Of a stretch of 64,000 nt of DNA, positions 10,420 to 24,888 are shown piece by piece. Every line of letters begins with the position of its first letter. The first letter of the stretch is position 1. The notes under the pieces are model-generated. The model was not told where the DNA came from. It was given only the letters and a program-made list of their open reading frames with translations, and did not search any database. The translations under genes were made by a program, and so were the position numbers. Source of the stretch: Epiperipatus broadwayi (taxonomy: Eukaryota > Animalia > Onychophora); NCBI GenBank assembly GCA_028023455.1, contig JAQFVV010000006.1:15004001-15068000 (forward strand). Reading direction: 5' to 3'.

Positions 10420-13020
10420 TTTACTGGTGACGATCTAATTATAAATGCCTACACAGTTACGCCATTACTAATAAATATTTAAAATTGCCCAAAGCAGACA
10501 ACAGAACTAAACTGATCTGCAAACAAAACAAATTGTATTAATGTAGAACAGAGATTCTTACACAATTAACAAACAAACAACAGAACTAAACAGATCAAGT
10601 AGCAACAAAACAAATTTCATTATCAATTCAATATCATACACAAATGTATATATATTTGAAATTGCCCCTTGTCTGTTGGCATTTATTGCATTTAACATTG
10701 GGCAGTCTTTAAATATTAAAATAACTTTTTTTATTAGTAATTCTCTCATCTCTGAAAACATTAAATAACTATTGTTTAACTGATTCTGTTAGATATATGT
10801 TAGTTAAATTAAGATGTTCCCTTTTTTTTTCTTCTATTAACTAATAAGGCAATAATAAAACTTGAATTAATCAGACCTATACACTATGCATTTGATCGAT
10901 ATGCCACTTTGTAAGCAAGATAACAATAAATCGTTTACAACCCCCCCAAAAAAAACAAATTAAAGTCAAATTCATGGGTAACCATCTCTAAATCTGGAAC
11001 AAAATCAATGTTATTCAAATTGGAATAGTATATGTCACAGAGATAAATGACATTAACAGAATTCAAGTGTGGCAGATAATATATCTATAGGATCTCTATA
11101 TAAAATGTATACACATATATATACACATTGGTACATATATGTTGCAACAGTCAGAATCGTCTATCTCGCTAACACACTGCAGAATTCAAACCCCAAACAC
11201 GAAACTGAACATTCTAGGAGGGGTCGCCTTCTAGATATACTAAGTTCGAATCTAAAGTCCAAATTTCACAGTGCCATCTACGTGATAACGCATCTGGTGC
11301 TACTACTAGTATAACCTTTTACCGGTGCCTGGTGGTCAGGGAGAAACAAAAGACTCTAAGTTAAGTTTGGATTGCTAATTAACGTCTATGGATGTACAAA
11401 AGAAATGTATAATATATATATAGACCGAGACAGTGATAGAAATCAATAAAATAGAATCAGAATTAGTTTTAAATGATTTCAAAATTTATTTATATAGAAA
11501 TATATTACGACGCCACTGTCTGCTTATATGAGACAGGGACGCGTATTAAATAATTGTTGGCATTACATTCCAATAAATGACAAAAGATTTTAAAGCAAGA
11601 TTATAAAGTCTATCCCTCGGGCTAATAGCATTACGATAATGTGATTACAGAGATTGGAACATGTGTGAGGTGCTTTTAGTAATTATAACAGTTTAATAAA
11701 ATATTTCATATTACGGGTTATATAATGTTTATTGATCTCGAGAATGGCACAGACAAAAGCTTACTAAGCAATAAAGTGTGGGTGTGATCAAGGCATTTAT
11801 TTGATAATAATAATTAAATTAGATGGGAGGTCAGTATTGCTAATAATGAATTTATTAAAGTTGGAGGGTGTAACACGTTTAAGTCACGGATGCTTTGTAA
11901 AAATAAATATAAAATAAAACAATAGTGAAATATTTGGAATGACTACGGAGGGCAGATCGCTGCTAACCTGTAGGGAAGTGTTGTCATGAACAGCCGAAAC
12001 TTAGCGACTGGGTGACAACTGCGTTTAATTGCCAGATGTGACATTTGTGGACACACTCTGCCTGGAAACCGTAGGAAGCGAAGAGGATGGACTTGGCCGT
12101 GTAGGAATCATTGGAAAAGCAAAACAAAGCAGTCTCAACAACCAATTCATTTACCAGCAATACTAAACTAATGTATATAAGACATACTAAATGGGTTTTA
12201 CTTGGATTAAGAGAAATGCCCAATCAAATTTCCAGAAATTCATTTAAAAGAGTCCACACATTCTCGACGTCAATGATGAACTTTGTAATTAAAGTAGAAC
12301 ACAGTATTTAAAATAGGAAAATGCATGCTTGCAGGTTGGAAAAGAAAGCATAGGTTTATTTACGCAATCATGCATTTGGGGACACATTTAAATCATTGAC
12401 CTCACACATACTCTCATATTATGTTAAAATCAATAAAATGTAGATTTTAAACTATGTGATTATTATATATTAAAGAAGATTAGAATCGCCCTCGAACAAG
12501 TGATTTGTGAGATAATAAAAATGGGAATTATTATACATTTAAAATATGCCTTAATAGCAGCATCTTACTTTCAACAAAAGGAATAATTCACTCGATCAAA
12601 GACGATTCTGACACATTATCATAATAAAATAAAAGAAAGCTTTATAAATAGAAAATATTAACCCAAGGATAGAGCAAAACTGTTGATTATATTTGAATAC
12701 TTTAAAGAAGTACATAATAAAGTTATATGAAATAAAAGAAAACAATTTAAAATAGCTATAGCATGTTAGTTAGGAATCACAAGAACTCTTGGGTTAATTT
12801 AGGTTACCTCTGGAGAAGCATTTGCAGGTAGATGTTCAGCAGGTTTTATAATTCAGCAGCAAAATCTGGAATGTTCATATTTTTGCAGCAACAGCAGTTC
12901 CGGGTCCTTATGTGATAGCTTCTGATGGTCTGGAGCAGCGGCTGGCTATTCCAAGGGGACATAGCCTTCTTGACGCCTCTACTCTGTCATTTCAAAGTTA
13001 GCAATTTTTGTGGTAAACAT

Positions 13021-13295
13021 GGTTAGAAACATTTAATCAGCAAATGATCAGAATAAATTTGGTTAGCAATATTTCATCAGCAAATGGCTAGAAAGTCTTG
13101 GTTTGAAACAATTCATCAGCAAATGACTAGAAACATTTCATTAGAAACACCAGAAACATTTTATTAGAAAATGACCAGAATCATTTCATTAGCAAAAGCC
13201 CAGAATATTTCGGGTAGAAACACCAGAAACATTTCATTAGAAAATGAACAGAATAATTTTGGTTAGAAACATTTCATCAGAAAAAGGCCAGAATG
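13021..13295. repeat. Degenerate minisatellite (about 40-bp unit with about 20-bp subunit)
   Basis: Recurring ggttagaaacatttcatcagcaaatgaccagaat variants. Confidence 0.75.
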
Positions 13296-16200
13296 AAGAA
13301 CAAAAGAAAACCCTTTCTTTTATAGTAGAATTGAACAATAAAACTGCCCTGGAGTGTTACAAAAATATATCGGACTTATCAGCTGTAATTAAATCTATCT
13401 GAATGTCTAAAGGAATTTAACAAAATTTTAATTAATTTCTATTATTAATTTCCTTGTCGACATTCGAATTACAAACTAGATTTAATTAAAAATTACTTTT
13501 ACTAATTAAAGAAAACTTTAAGTGGACATCTGCTGTTTTTTTAGATAATAATTACAACATGAAATAATTAAACTATTGTCCCTCATTTATTTTAACAGAA
13601 ATATTTGGAATGACTTTTATTAAATTAAAGAAAATGATTTTACTTTTTAACTTGCAATATTTGAATCTATCTACTAGATGAATATGAACTTTATTTTAAA
13701 TCAAAATATATTACGACTGTAATATTTTTGTAAATAGATTCAAACAAAATAACTTTAATTAACAATTTATAATTTTGATATGAGTTTTAAAATGCATATC
13801 ATAGTGTGTGCGCAATTACAACTTATATAACCTACTTTTTAAATAAATCTAAATTATGTGAACATATACATAATCCATAATATTTTATTTATTTGGGAAT
13901 GAATTATACTTATATATAATACGAGCATTGTACTCGTGGTTTAAAATTAGGCAGGATTTTCGGTATATAAGCGTATTGCAGACACATTATGATAGATTGG
14001 GGTTCAAACTAAGGTATGAGGGTAGGAAGTAGGTGAGAAAAGGTGAAATGAAGATCTGCAAAGCAGACCTTACTGTTTCAATGTGAGTGCTTTTTATTTC
14101 AGTTCTATTTTAATTTTAGACATGTATGTGAAACAGACAAAATAGCAAACTTCTTCAATGTTTTAGGCACAAAATCAACTTACTGAACTATTTACAGCAT
14201 GTTAAACACATACTTTGAATTACATTACTTTTGCAATACATTGTTCAAGTGATTTTTGAATAGCTTCTGAGAGATAACTTTTATTAAACTAAATTTTAAT
14301 ATTTAAATCTAAATCTTATATTTTTTATGTATTTATTTTTTTAAAAAAACTTTTTCTTTCGGAGAAAGACTGACTTAACTTAAACTAAATTTTGATTATT
14401 AAAATCATTTCCCTTATTTAAAACTTCTTTAGGAGAAGAAAAAAACATATGAGACACAAAACTGATTTTTTTTATCTAGAATATTTAAAAGCATGCCATG
14501 ATATACATGTCAAATTCTAAAACTAAAACATGGCATATAAATCTAAGTAATAAAATTAAGCTAATATGAAAAATAAATATATATAACCACAAATTAAATT
14601 ATAAATTGACAGATCTTTAAATATAACTGACTTGTGGGTAACTAAAGTTTAAAAGTTTATTAAATTGTCAACAGATTATCTTAAGTTCAAGATATGATTG
14701 AGAGGAGATTGTTTTTTTATATATATAAAAAGTAAAATTACGTTTATGTATGTGCATTTTCACACAGAAATCTGGTGGTTTACTAGTAAAATCTTTATAT
14801 TTATGGTTTTCAAAGCTTTGTCACAATCAAGTTTTATGTTTCCAAGTAGAGTTGATATGAAATCTTCAATATAGAGTTCATTTGAAATTTTTACTGTTGA
14901 GAAATGTGTGTTTTAATTGCAATTCCCTCTATATATAAGAAGATGGTTGGTATAGTGATGGGTATATCTCAGCAAGCAGGGTTTAACATCTTGATGGTTA
15001 TGAGATCTATGCTGGAGTAAAGTTCTTTATTGACTTCTAGCCACATAAAATTATTAATTCAACTGCTGGTAGAGATTTTGTGTACATTTTGGTAGATGCA
15101 AAAGCAAAGACCAAAGACAGAATTATTTTCTGAGTCTTCTTTTTTAGAGTTATTAACTTGCAAAACATTTTTTTTAATTAAGCAAGTCAATAGTTATTTT
15201 AAATCACCCACATTTTCCAAATTCTTTAGATAAGTAACCCACATGTTTATAGATAACACAGCCATTTTGATCTCTAAAAATTTGTTTGATATTTTAAGGC
15301 ATTTTCAAAACAGGAAACAAAGCTTAAAAGAACTTAGTTTTCCAAGAATGTTAAGTAATAATAAGATAAGCTATTTGAGGAAAAAAAAATAGTATTTATT
15401 ATAACATAATTTTTAAAACAAATTTATTTGAAAGAAATTTAGTCATATCTTTTTAATAATAAATTTAAAATTAACATAATTTGATTTTAAACACAAACCT
15501 TAAGTATGTGTTCTTAATAGAAAACCAAATAAAAAATCTAATCAATTAGAACCTGAATTTTAATTGACAATTGCCAACTACTATATTTTTAAATATAAAT
15601 TGAGATAGAAGAATATTTATCTCTCTATATATATGTGTGTGTGTGCAAACAATGTAAGATGTGTGCTTGACATGTTTAGCAGAGGTATTGCTAGTGAAAG
15701 CATCCATTATAATTGTCAGGTTAATTATACATTACTTTGCCCTAATACTTAATAATAGCTTTTTTGTTTGAGTTTAATTGAAATTAAAAGGAGATATCTT
15801 TTATTTCTAACACAAGCTGTTAAATGGAGTTAAACCCAGATAATTGTCTTTCAAGTATGAAGATTTAGAAGAATCACATATTTTGATATTCTATAAATAA
15901 TTCATCTCAGAGATTTGTATGTTACATTAAATTTTCATGGATTGACTGTGATGTAAACAAACTAAAGGGGTGACTATTTCATTATAATAAACTAGAGACA
16001 TGTTTAACACCTGTGGTTGCTAAAAAAAAAAACCTATAAATTATCATTGATAGTCCTAAGGCTAAACTACTCTGCTCTAGTATCCAGTAATATTTTTTTT
16101 ACCTTGAGTTTAAGTAATTTAGCCTTAGGTCTATCAGTAATGATTGGTGGTTTTCTTACTAACATCATTGCTAACATATCTTGTTTATTACATGGAAGTA

Positions 16201-16482
16201 GCCTCACTCTTTACTTACATCATAATAAATTCATGAAAATATTTAATCTGACATACACAGGAAGACCTAAAAATAACTGGAATTTTGAATAAAAAATTGT
16301 ATATTTATTTTTAGATTAAACCACTAAACATCACATGATCACTATTACTTACGCTTGCTCATAACTGTTATTAAAACACACAAAACTCTCCATATAGCAG
16401 TGCCACTCAGTGCAAGATAGTAATCAAGGGATGTCAGAAGGCTTGTGCATAAAATCCCTATCTAGTACTTACTCATCCAATA

Positions 16483-16524
16483 TCCCCAGACTAGTTTCTG
16501 GTTTGTGGCCTTCGTCAGTGAGGA
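16483..16524 (-). ncRNA. Type I hammerhead variant (family A, left arm)
   Basis: Reverse complement TCCTCA CTGACGA A GGC CACAA ACC A GAAA CTAGTC TGGGGA: 6-bp stem I, palindromic stem III ACTAGT, GUC triplet. Confidence 0.75.
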
Positions 16525-16810
16525 ACCTTAGATCTGAGAGCAGTACACCTAGATCATAGGATCTAATATAATCCTCCAGAAGCCACCTTTTATCTCTACT
16601 TAACTACAAAACTATGAGAATAAAATTGAGAACAATAATATTTTCAATCCAAGCTCATTAGCTTATAAAAACTAATGAGCTTGGACTGAGAATATTATTG
16701 TGTTTTTAATTTTATTCTCATAGTTTTGTAGTTAAGTAGAGATAAAAGGTTGCTGCTGGCGGGTTGCATTAGATCCTAAGATCTAGGTGCAATGCTCTCA
16801 GATCTAAGGC

Positions 16811-16852
16811 TCCTCATCGACGAAGGACACAAGCCAGAAACTAGTCTGGGGA
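16811..16852 (+). ncRNA. Mutated hammerhead (family A, right arm)
   Basis: TCCTCA TCGACGA AGGACACAAGCC A GAAA CTAGTC TGGGGA; core CUGA changed to UCGA. Confidence 0.6.
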
Positions 16853-19329
16853 TATTAGATGAGTAGGCAGTAGATAGCGATTTTATGCACAAGTCTTCTG
16901 GCATCCATTGATTACTTTAGCTTGCACAGAGTGGCACTACTGTATGGAGAGTTCTGCCTGTTTTATTTTTAGGTATTACAAATTGAATCTCTTTAAAAAG
17001 TATTGTTTATTAAATGCAAAATGATGCATTTTAACACTTTGTCACACACACACCCATTCTAAGTCCACGAAAAAAGAAAAAAATGAGACATTTTTTTATT
17101 TGAGAGATTAAAAAAAATTGCACAAAGCGAGGTCAAGCAAAAATGGCTGGTAAATAAACTGGGTCATACTAAATTTAATTAAAAAGTGTTTCACACTCAA
17201 GATTTTGAAAGATGACACTTTGTTGGCATGGAGTTTGCAATTTTTTCTTTGTCATAAAACAGGACGTTTACATTTTACTGCATCATGTAAACGTTTCAGA
17301 ACTTGTACGTAAAATGCCTGAACATTATGAACTAAATTTAAGAGAAAAATGCCATTTTCACTTAAAAATAAAAGAGCTTTGTTTTAACTTTGTACTTCAC
17401 TTGCAAGACTTTTTAGGGATGTGAAAATTTAACATTTCAATTAAACCACTCATAAAATTGTGTTTTTACGAGATCAGCAACTTGTAATTTGTTTTAAGCA
17501 TTACAACTTTTTCCCTTGTCCTTTTCTGTAATGAAAATAGAATTTTACATTGTTGAGATTTTCAGCCATTATAAAAAAATTGACAAATACGTAAAACGCA
17601 TTTTACAAAAAAAAAAGTATGCTAAGTGACTGCATGATTTTACACAGTGATATCATGTGGAAGATTGATGCAGAAAGATTCGTGCAAGAAAAATGTAACA
17701 GCAGGAGTATATACTATAGTGGGTGCACAAACCAGAACGATTTCAGTTATTTTTGGGTCCCCACTCGTATATATATGCATCTTTGTAATGTGTAAACAAT
17801 CAAATATTTCAGATTTGTAATGCATCTCTGGTAGCGAATTCCAAATCTAAACTATTGTTTAATGTCAAATCTTCTTAACCATTCTGCCTCCATACACACC
17901 CTGGCTCATCAGGTGAGCTGAAGATTTGAAACACTCGAATATCCATATGAAACAATAGTCAGAGTTTGCATACATATCTGCAACCAATTTCATTTTTGCA
18001 GATTTAATGTTTTAACAATCATTTATGTTGTATATTTCTTAATAGATGGAGATAATTAATAGTCATATTATAACACCCAAAGTAAAGAAGTATGATAACA
18101 TAAGAAATATATATCACCTTTTTCTTATAGATAAAAAGACTGCCTTGATAACATTGAAAATTTTTGGTATTGATGAGGACGGAGTGCCTTGATATGATAT
18201 ATATGCCTATAAAAAAAACCTATTCATTTGTTTAATATTTATAATGAATCTGTTAGGAAATATGAATATTGAAAAAATATTAAATTAAATTCTGACTAAT
18301 TAAAATATTTCAGTCTGCAAAAATCAAATTAATTGTAATTTGATATATATATATCAAAAATCCTCCTATTGTTTCTATACGGATGAACAGATATTTCAGG
18401 GCACCAGCTCACTAAAAGTAACAGAGTTTTTGATGAAATATATATATAGCAAGAAATATTGGTCTAGAAGCTTTTATATCAAGTAATTCAAAATGTATAT
18501 GCTTGCTTGGAGGATTATCGCGCACTTGAAAGATTTTTATATATAGTAAAATCTTTATTGATAACAAATTATATACTAATATAGGCAAACATATATTGAA
18601 ACTACAACATATGATTACAGACAATGCAATAAGTTATTCACCTCCAATGAAGGATGATCCAAATGTAAAAATGTGGGACTTTATGTGGGTAGATACTTTA
18701 TTTATGCAGCTATTTTATAATCGCTTCAAAGGCTAAACTTAAATTAGAATGTTAATAATATTAAGAATCAAAGCTTAAAGTATCGGACAGCTGAGAAAGA
18801 TATTAGATTGCCAAGTTTTGTTCATATTTCTGGATAAGAATTTGAGAGCTTGCATGCAGTAAATCCAATCTTGGTTATTTCTTATGAAAATATTGTGCCT
18901 GAAAGATTTGATTGGTTACAATGCGTTTGCCAATTTTTTTGCATACATATATGTATAAGAGAAATATTTACTTTTTAAAAAAAGATTATTATTATTATAG
19001 GATAATAAATTTAAAATATATATATTTAAAGAGAATCATAAATATTCATATTTGATTCGTGTAAAAGCACTTCCCCATCCTTATGCAAAGATATTCGTAA
19101 ATATTCATATTCACTTACGTATGAAAATATTTCCTTGTCATTACGTTAAATTATATGAATAGAAAAAAGTTTTAATTTTTGGTTGTGTATTTATATATTT
19201 AATATCTCATTTTTGCATTCACTATAATAAAACAAATTCAGTTGAGTGGATTATTGAAGGGAGATTAAAATTCGTGTTTAAATTCTCTATTAAATATAAA
19301 AATTAATACATTGAAAATATTTATTGCAG

Positions 19330-20303
19330 GCTATTTAAAAAATAAGGTATAATGGAAGTCATAAAAAAAATAATCCTCCTACTGATGAAGACCACATTAT
19401 ATTTCAATCACATTTATTTTTGCTCTGTAATCAATATTATATCTATGAATGTGACCACCGATTAACTATGCACTGAATTTTTTTTTTTTTAATATTCTCT
19501 TCAAAAAGTATTAATTGTCGAACAATTTGAACACTTGTTAAAAACAAATATTTGTTTCCGTAATTGTATCATGTAGAAAAAAAAAAAGAATAAGTAAACT
19601 CATTTAACTTTCGAACATCGCTGTCCAAATTGTGTTTTTCAGGATATGTCACGTGATCCAAGAGATCGCTTCATCGCAGGTGTGTGCTTAAATGTAAAAG
19701 GAATTAATAATTAAACACTGCTGATTTACATTTACTATATTTATATAAAAGTACGTTTTTTTTTTATTTGTTTACTGTTGCAATTAGAAATTATTAAGCA
19801 AGGAAGTATAAATTCCTTTGTAAATAATGAAAACATGGATATTGCTAAAAGAAATATACATACAATAATAAAAAAAAAAGGTTTTTTAATTAATCAGAAT
19901 CTTCAGTAGTTTGGCTTTGTTTCCATACGTCATAGCATCGGCCGGGGCGCGAACCCACAACCGTCTGCAACCAACTACTTGCTTGCAAGGCGGTTGCGAT
20001 GACCTCTCGGCTAATATGATTATAACAAGCATCGCATACAACACTGCTACGCTCAAGGCATAAATATTTTTCATAACACTTGCAAAAATAATTTGATAAG
20101 CAACTTGTTTGGATGCATAGCTACGCCCATACAACCTTACAAACTACGTGTTTTAACCAAATGGCTTGGATGATGTGGTTTAAACATAGGCCACATACAA
20201 ACATACAGCTAATCATGATTTTAAATCACTTATTATATGTTTGTTTTTATCTCTCAGATCAGCCACAATCTTAGCAGAGTTAAATAATGTACTTCATGGC
20301 TAA
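19330..20303 (+). CDS. Candidate micro-exons of an unidentified host gene (19330-19346, 19643-19679, 20263-20303)
   Basis: AG/GT-bounded and phase-compatible, giving xYLKNK|DMSRDPRDRFIA|ATILAELNNVLHG*; no protein recognised; short exons can arise by chance. Confidence 0.25.
19916..20017 (-). mobile_element. tRNA-derived SINE (family G) copy 2
   Basis: Reverse complement TAGCCGAGAGGTCATCGCAACCGCCTTGCAAGCAAGTAGTTGGTTGCAGACGGTTGTGGGTTCGCGCCCCGGCCGATGCTATGACGTATGGAA. Confidence 0.8.
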
Positions 20304-21189
20304 GGCATCTCGAATGTCTCTTCAAAAAAGAATAGTGAAGTCTAGTCAATTGCTGGAAGATGAGGGATAAAGATTTTTTTGTTTGTTTGTTTAGAACAGT
20401 TAGACTCTTAAATGGTGGGAATTGTTTTGTAGTTGCTATGGGGGGGGGGGTCGTAAGTCAGCTCCTAAATCGAAAAAAAAAATTAAATTTCATTCAGCTA
20501 ATATTCAAATCTCAGATCATGATCTCAGACGGGGGATATACTAATCATTATGTCATGAAATTCTGCAATTGATGTATAACAGTGTAAATACCCGGTATTA
20601 TACGGAAAAACATATATGTGATAATGGGGGGGGGGGGTTACAATCTTTGATGCTTATTAAATTCAATACACCAAGAAAGAAATAAAAACCTGAAAGTCTA
20701 TTATTTTTGAGTGTGTGTAAAACATATATAAAATAAATATTAACCCAACAGTTTATTTTTAAATTCAAAATTATTTTTACTAAATATTTTATTCATTATA
20801 GTTGAATGTCTAGAGTTTGGTGTACAGTGGCACTATATATATATATACATGCCATCACCATGGTTTGTGTTCAAATCCCAATATATTTTTTTCACCTAAT
20901 CATATAATATTGCTCAATAATTGGTTATCTAACTGGTTTTGTTTGTTGTTTTTTTGCTAGAGGATATGCGAAGGTATAAAAATAATAAAATATAGAGGTA
21001 AAATATTTGAAGAAAAAGAAAAGATTTCCAGGAAATGGAATGGAGATGAAAGGAATTAACAAAGTTATCTATAATAAGAGTTTTTCTAAAGACATATTAA
21101 TATAAAATGAAAGTTATAACAATTTCTAAATTTAAAATAACGAATACTAATAATGAAATTGTTTAAAGATAGAAATTATCTACAAAACA

Positions 21190-21341
21190 TGCTGATAAAA
21201 TGACACTTATAGAGATTTAAAGACCTAGAAAGAGACCACACAAATAAGGATATTCACTAATGTGATGTTAAGAAGAGAGACTATAAATTGGAAAACTGGA
21301 TTAAATCAGGGTGAAACTTCATCCTGAATTGGATTTGATAA
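21190..21341 (+). mobile_element. Degenerate RTE LINE 3' end
   Basis: agagatttaaagacctagaaagagaccacac and tggattaaatcagggtgaaacttcatcctgaattggatttgataat align to the reverse complement of 63331-63490. Confidence 0.6.
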
Positions 21342-23099
21342 TATTATCCACTTAACTCTTGGTTCTTAAGAGTTATCAATTGATAGACTTTAAATATATC
21401 ATCTACCTTGCCATAAACTGGGGTTTCAGTCTGGGGTAAATGAACTTTGAGAAAAGTTTTCAGATTACGAACAAATTTACGATTTATTTTTTTTGCCAAA
21501 TGGTAAACTGATTAATTTATGATGATCAGATTACCACTGTTTCATTAATTGTGGTTTAAAAAAAAGTATTAGTTATAATATGATGTGGCCTTCACTATTG
21601 GTGGAAATGGTGTCAACATACACTATTTATATACTATTTTTTTTATAATGGATGTCTGCATTTTTGCAGTTCATACGAGTGGCACTTCAATTGGTTCCTT
21701 TTAAATTCACTCATTTGCAGTTATCTGTAACATATATTTTACAGTTTCGCATTTATTTGACCATAAAAACTGGAACTAAAACATATTAATTAATTAATTT
21801 TTTTTAAAAAAATCTAAAATCATCAGTACCATACAGAGAACCTACTACAATTGAATTAAAAATTCTACCGATTGGTAATTTTTTTATTCTCAAGCTTCAA
21901 GACTTCTTGGTAGAGCTTTTGAGAGTCTCATCTTTTGTTTGACATTTGTTAAAAAACTTTATATATTTTTCATAGTTTATTATTTATGATTATTTTTGCA
22001 AAATATTTGTGAAATATTAATTTTTTTATAAGAATATGATGTTTAGGTTACTATTTTATTCGAAGGTAATTATTTATAGAAATAAGAGTTAAGAAAAATT
22101 TAGCAGCATAAAGCAAAAATTGTGACAAACCAAACAAGAAATAACTTCATAATCGCTGAAACCATTATTATCTGTCATTTTTTAATAAATGTAAGTGAAA
22201 TTTTAAATTTTAAAAACAGCATTTCGTTGCTTTATAATGTTTTAACAAAAATTTGTTCGAACTTTACAAATGGAGTTATAATAAATTTTCTTCCATTTGT
22301 TAAATATTTTTATCGACATTTGCAAATAAATTTTCTTCCGCTTTTAGCTGCAATTGTAAAAGAACAAAAGCTATTACACTCATTATGCACTTCAGTTTAT
22401 TGCATTTTTTTATTTGTAAAATTGAAATATTATTTTCAAGAATGATTTCCATTTATGAACTTATATTTCTAAGAATTGAGAATATATTCGGGAATAAAGG
22501 TTAATAATTAAACTAAAAAGTTAAAAAAAAATCAATTAACTGCTAGGAGCTATCAAAAAAAAAGGGGGGGGGGTATTAATGAAGAAAAAGACTAAATGAT
22601 TCTTCTACTCATTGAATAGGTTACTTCACATATATTTATAGAAAATGTGTAGTCACTGACTAAATTTTAGCTCCATAAAATAATTGGAAATATATTGATT
22701 GTAACATTTGCATTTAGATAAACCTTAGATTTAATTTTTTTTTTAATTTCACCTAAAAATTAGAGGATTAATAAAATACTTTTAGTCTAACCCTGCAACT
22801 ATATATTGTAGATTATTTTGTTAAAGCCATATACATTATATGCACACCCAGAAATGCAGTTACGCTATATATCCAAGTAAAACAAAAGAATTTCTGAGAG
22901 TTCTCCATACATTGTAACAAGCATAGTGACTATCAGATGCTGCGAAATCAATGTGGCTTCAGAAGTCACCTAAAGGGACCACATAGCTTCAGTCAAGACC
23001 TTCAAACAATACACATTTCCATTAACAAAAGTGGAAAAGTTTCATCATTAGAAGCAAGTAGCTACTGATTTCTAACCTATTGACAGGACAATCGTTAGA

Positions 23100-23460
23100 A
23101 AACATTACTAAGATAATTCGCGAGACAGATCCCAAAAGAGTCGTTTAAATACATTTGCAAACGTTGGCCATCTTTTCTTATATCAAAGCCAATCTGTTTG
23201 TCAGATTGCAGAGGACATGACTAAATGATCACTTATTTGATCTCAAATTTGTTATATAATAATAGATGCGACAAATACTTTGGTATTGATGTAGGTGTTA
23301 TTTGCAAGGGTGTTTAAATGATCCTTTGATGGATGTGGCTTGCAAATTATTGTAGGAACATTTTTGGACTTGATTGTTTCATGAATAGAATACATTATCA
23401 GGGCTACCGCTTGTTACAAATCATTAGAATTGCATTGCTTTATGTAAATAAAAAGAATTG
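23100..23460 (+). pseudogene. Possible hAT (Buster/Charlie-like) transposase remnant
   Basis: Weak motif similarity only: SVCQIAEDMTK*..IIIDATNT and LHCFM*, resembling the first catalytic D region and the CxxH motif; many stops. Confidence 0.25.
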
Positions 23461-24061
23461 GGCAGTTTTTAATTTAAAACTTCAATTTAAAATTCTGCAA
23501 AAATGAATGGATGTTCATGAAGACTTCAGATGACGTCCTAATCAGATTTATGATTTATAGTTCACCTTGGCCGTATTCCAGAGCTATCTACTATAGCCCT
23601 GGGTAATTAATGGATTCCAGATAATAAAATGCTATAATACCCACATATCCCCAGATTGTTTTTTTTTTGGGGGGGGGAGGTTGTTTTCATTAGCATGGAC
23701 TTAGAATTTGTCTTGGCCACCATATTTTAAAACTTGTTATATTCTTTAAATTATATGATGCTGTTGGTACTAATCACAATAATGAAACAGATCTTTGTAC
23801 TTCTAAGAAGATTAAAATATACATCCAGCATATAGCTATTAAAAAAAATCACAGCACAGGAAATATTTTGCATCGTTTTAAACAATATGGATTTTGGCAT
23901 CATGATTTGCAATTGATCATACCTTTGTATTTTCCAATCCTTGATCACAACAGTCTCATTTCAAATGTCTGGTACCACTACAACAGACAGGTGTAAAAAA
24001 AAAAGCTACAATATAATATATAAAAGTATTCTTTAAATAGTATCATTACAACACAAAATAT

Positions 24062-24780
24062 ATCATCATCATTATGTTCAATATCATTGCTCCATTGTAT
24101 GTCTCTTCAGTTTTAATACAGTTATTCTGGTCCCTAACTTCTCTTCTCCACAACATACCAGAAAATTGTCTTTATTTCATTTATTCATCTCACATGTGGT
24201 CTCTGTATAGCTCTTTTATAATCACTTGGTATCACATTTAAAACTATAATTGTCCATCTATTATCATCTTTTCTAGAAATGCATGTCCTTCTGTTTTCAA
24301 TGATGTCAGGGGTATCTGCTTTTTTCTCTCATATATATTTATTTTACAATCTTTTCTTGTTATTCCTAACTTATGTCTTTGCATACTTTGTTGAATAGTC
24401 TTAAAGTTTGTATTTTTCTGTTGTCAAATTTCAAATCCATTTCCTTCTAATATTCAATTATTTCTACCAAAAGCATTCTATACAAGTTTAATCATGTGAC
24501 CAAAGCATGTGCAGTTGTTAACTTTTTTTAATTCGCCATTGTCAATCTTTATTTTCTTTTTCAAAGAAAATCCATTGAACGTTTGTTATATCTCATCTTG
24601 CCCACAAATAATGGGCTATTCCAGATGTATCTTGATCGAATTGAGCACTCATCATCAAGTACCAATGGATATTTCATCTTATAACTCTTGAAACATTTTC
24701 TGAAACTCTGAAGCATTATTTAAAAAAACAACCACATCATCTGCAAAATCTAGATGATTGAATAATCTCCATTTACTTTT
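24062..24780 (-). pseudogene. Degenerate RTE LINE, RT to 3' end
   Basis: KWRLFNHLDFADDVVVFLNNASEFQKMFQEL (FADD at about 24736-24747); 3' part aligns to the RTE tails at 6425 and 63324; catcatcat tail at 24064. Confidence 0.8.
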
Positions 24781-24784
24781 ACTA

Positions 24785-24850
24785 CAGGCAAAACTCACTA
24801 TATATATATATATATATATAAAATATATATATATATATATATATATATGA

Positions 24851-24888
<38 letters not shown>

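Larger units (their letters stand above)
16321..16964. mobile_element. Family A HHR repeat as a palindrome (arms about 290 bp, centre about 16665)
   Basis: 16374-16662 is the reverse complement of 16671-16964; centre aagctcattagcttataaaaactaatgagctt; HHRs face outward. Confidence 0.85.

Noticed and set aside
14800-15130. Possible L1/Tx1 ORF2 remnant on the minus strand
   Set aside because: Only a vague INNFMW similarity; not supportable by eye
17881-17915. Minus-strand CTGATGA GCC...GGC AGAA hammerhead-like motif
   Set aside because: GAAA, stem III and stem I are absent; single occurrence
19375-19400. ctcctaCTGATGAagacc resembling the family A core start
   Set aside because: No stem II partner, GAAA or flanking family A homology
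20818-20882. Weak A/B-box-like motifs (also about 38940-38990 minus, 49770-49830, 53930-53990 minus)
   Set aside because: Single degenerate matches with no second copy or TSD in the window
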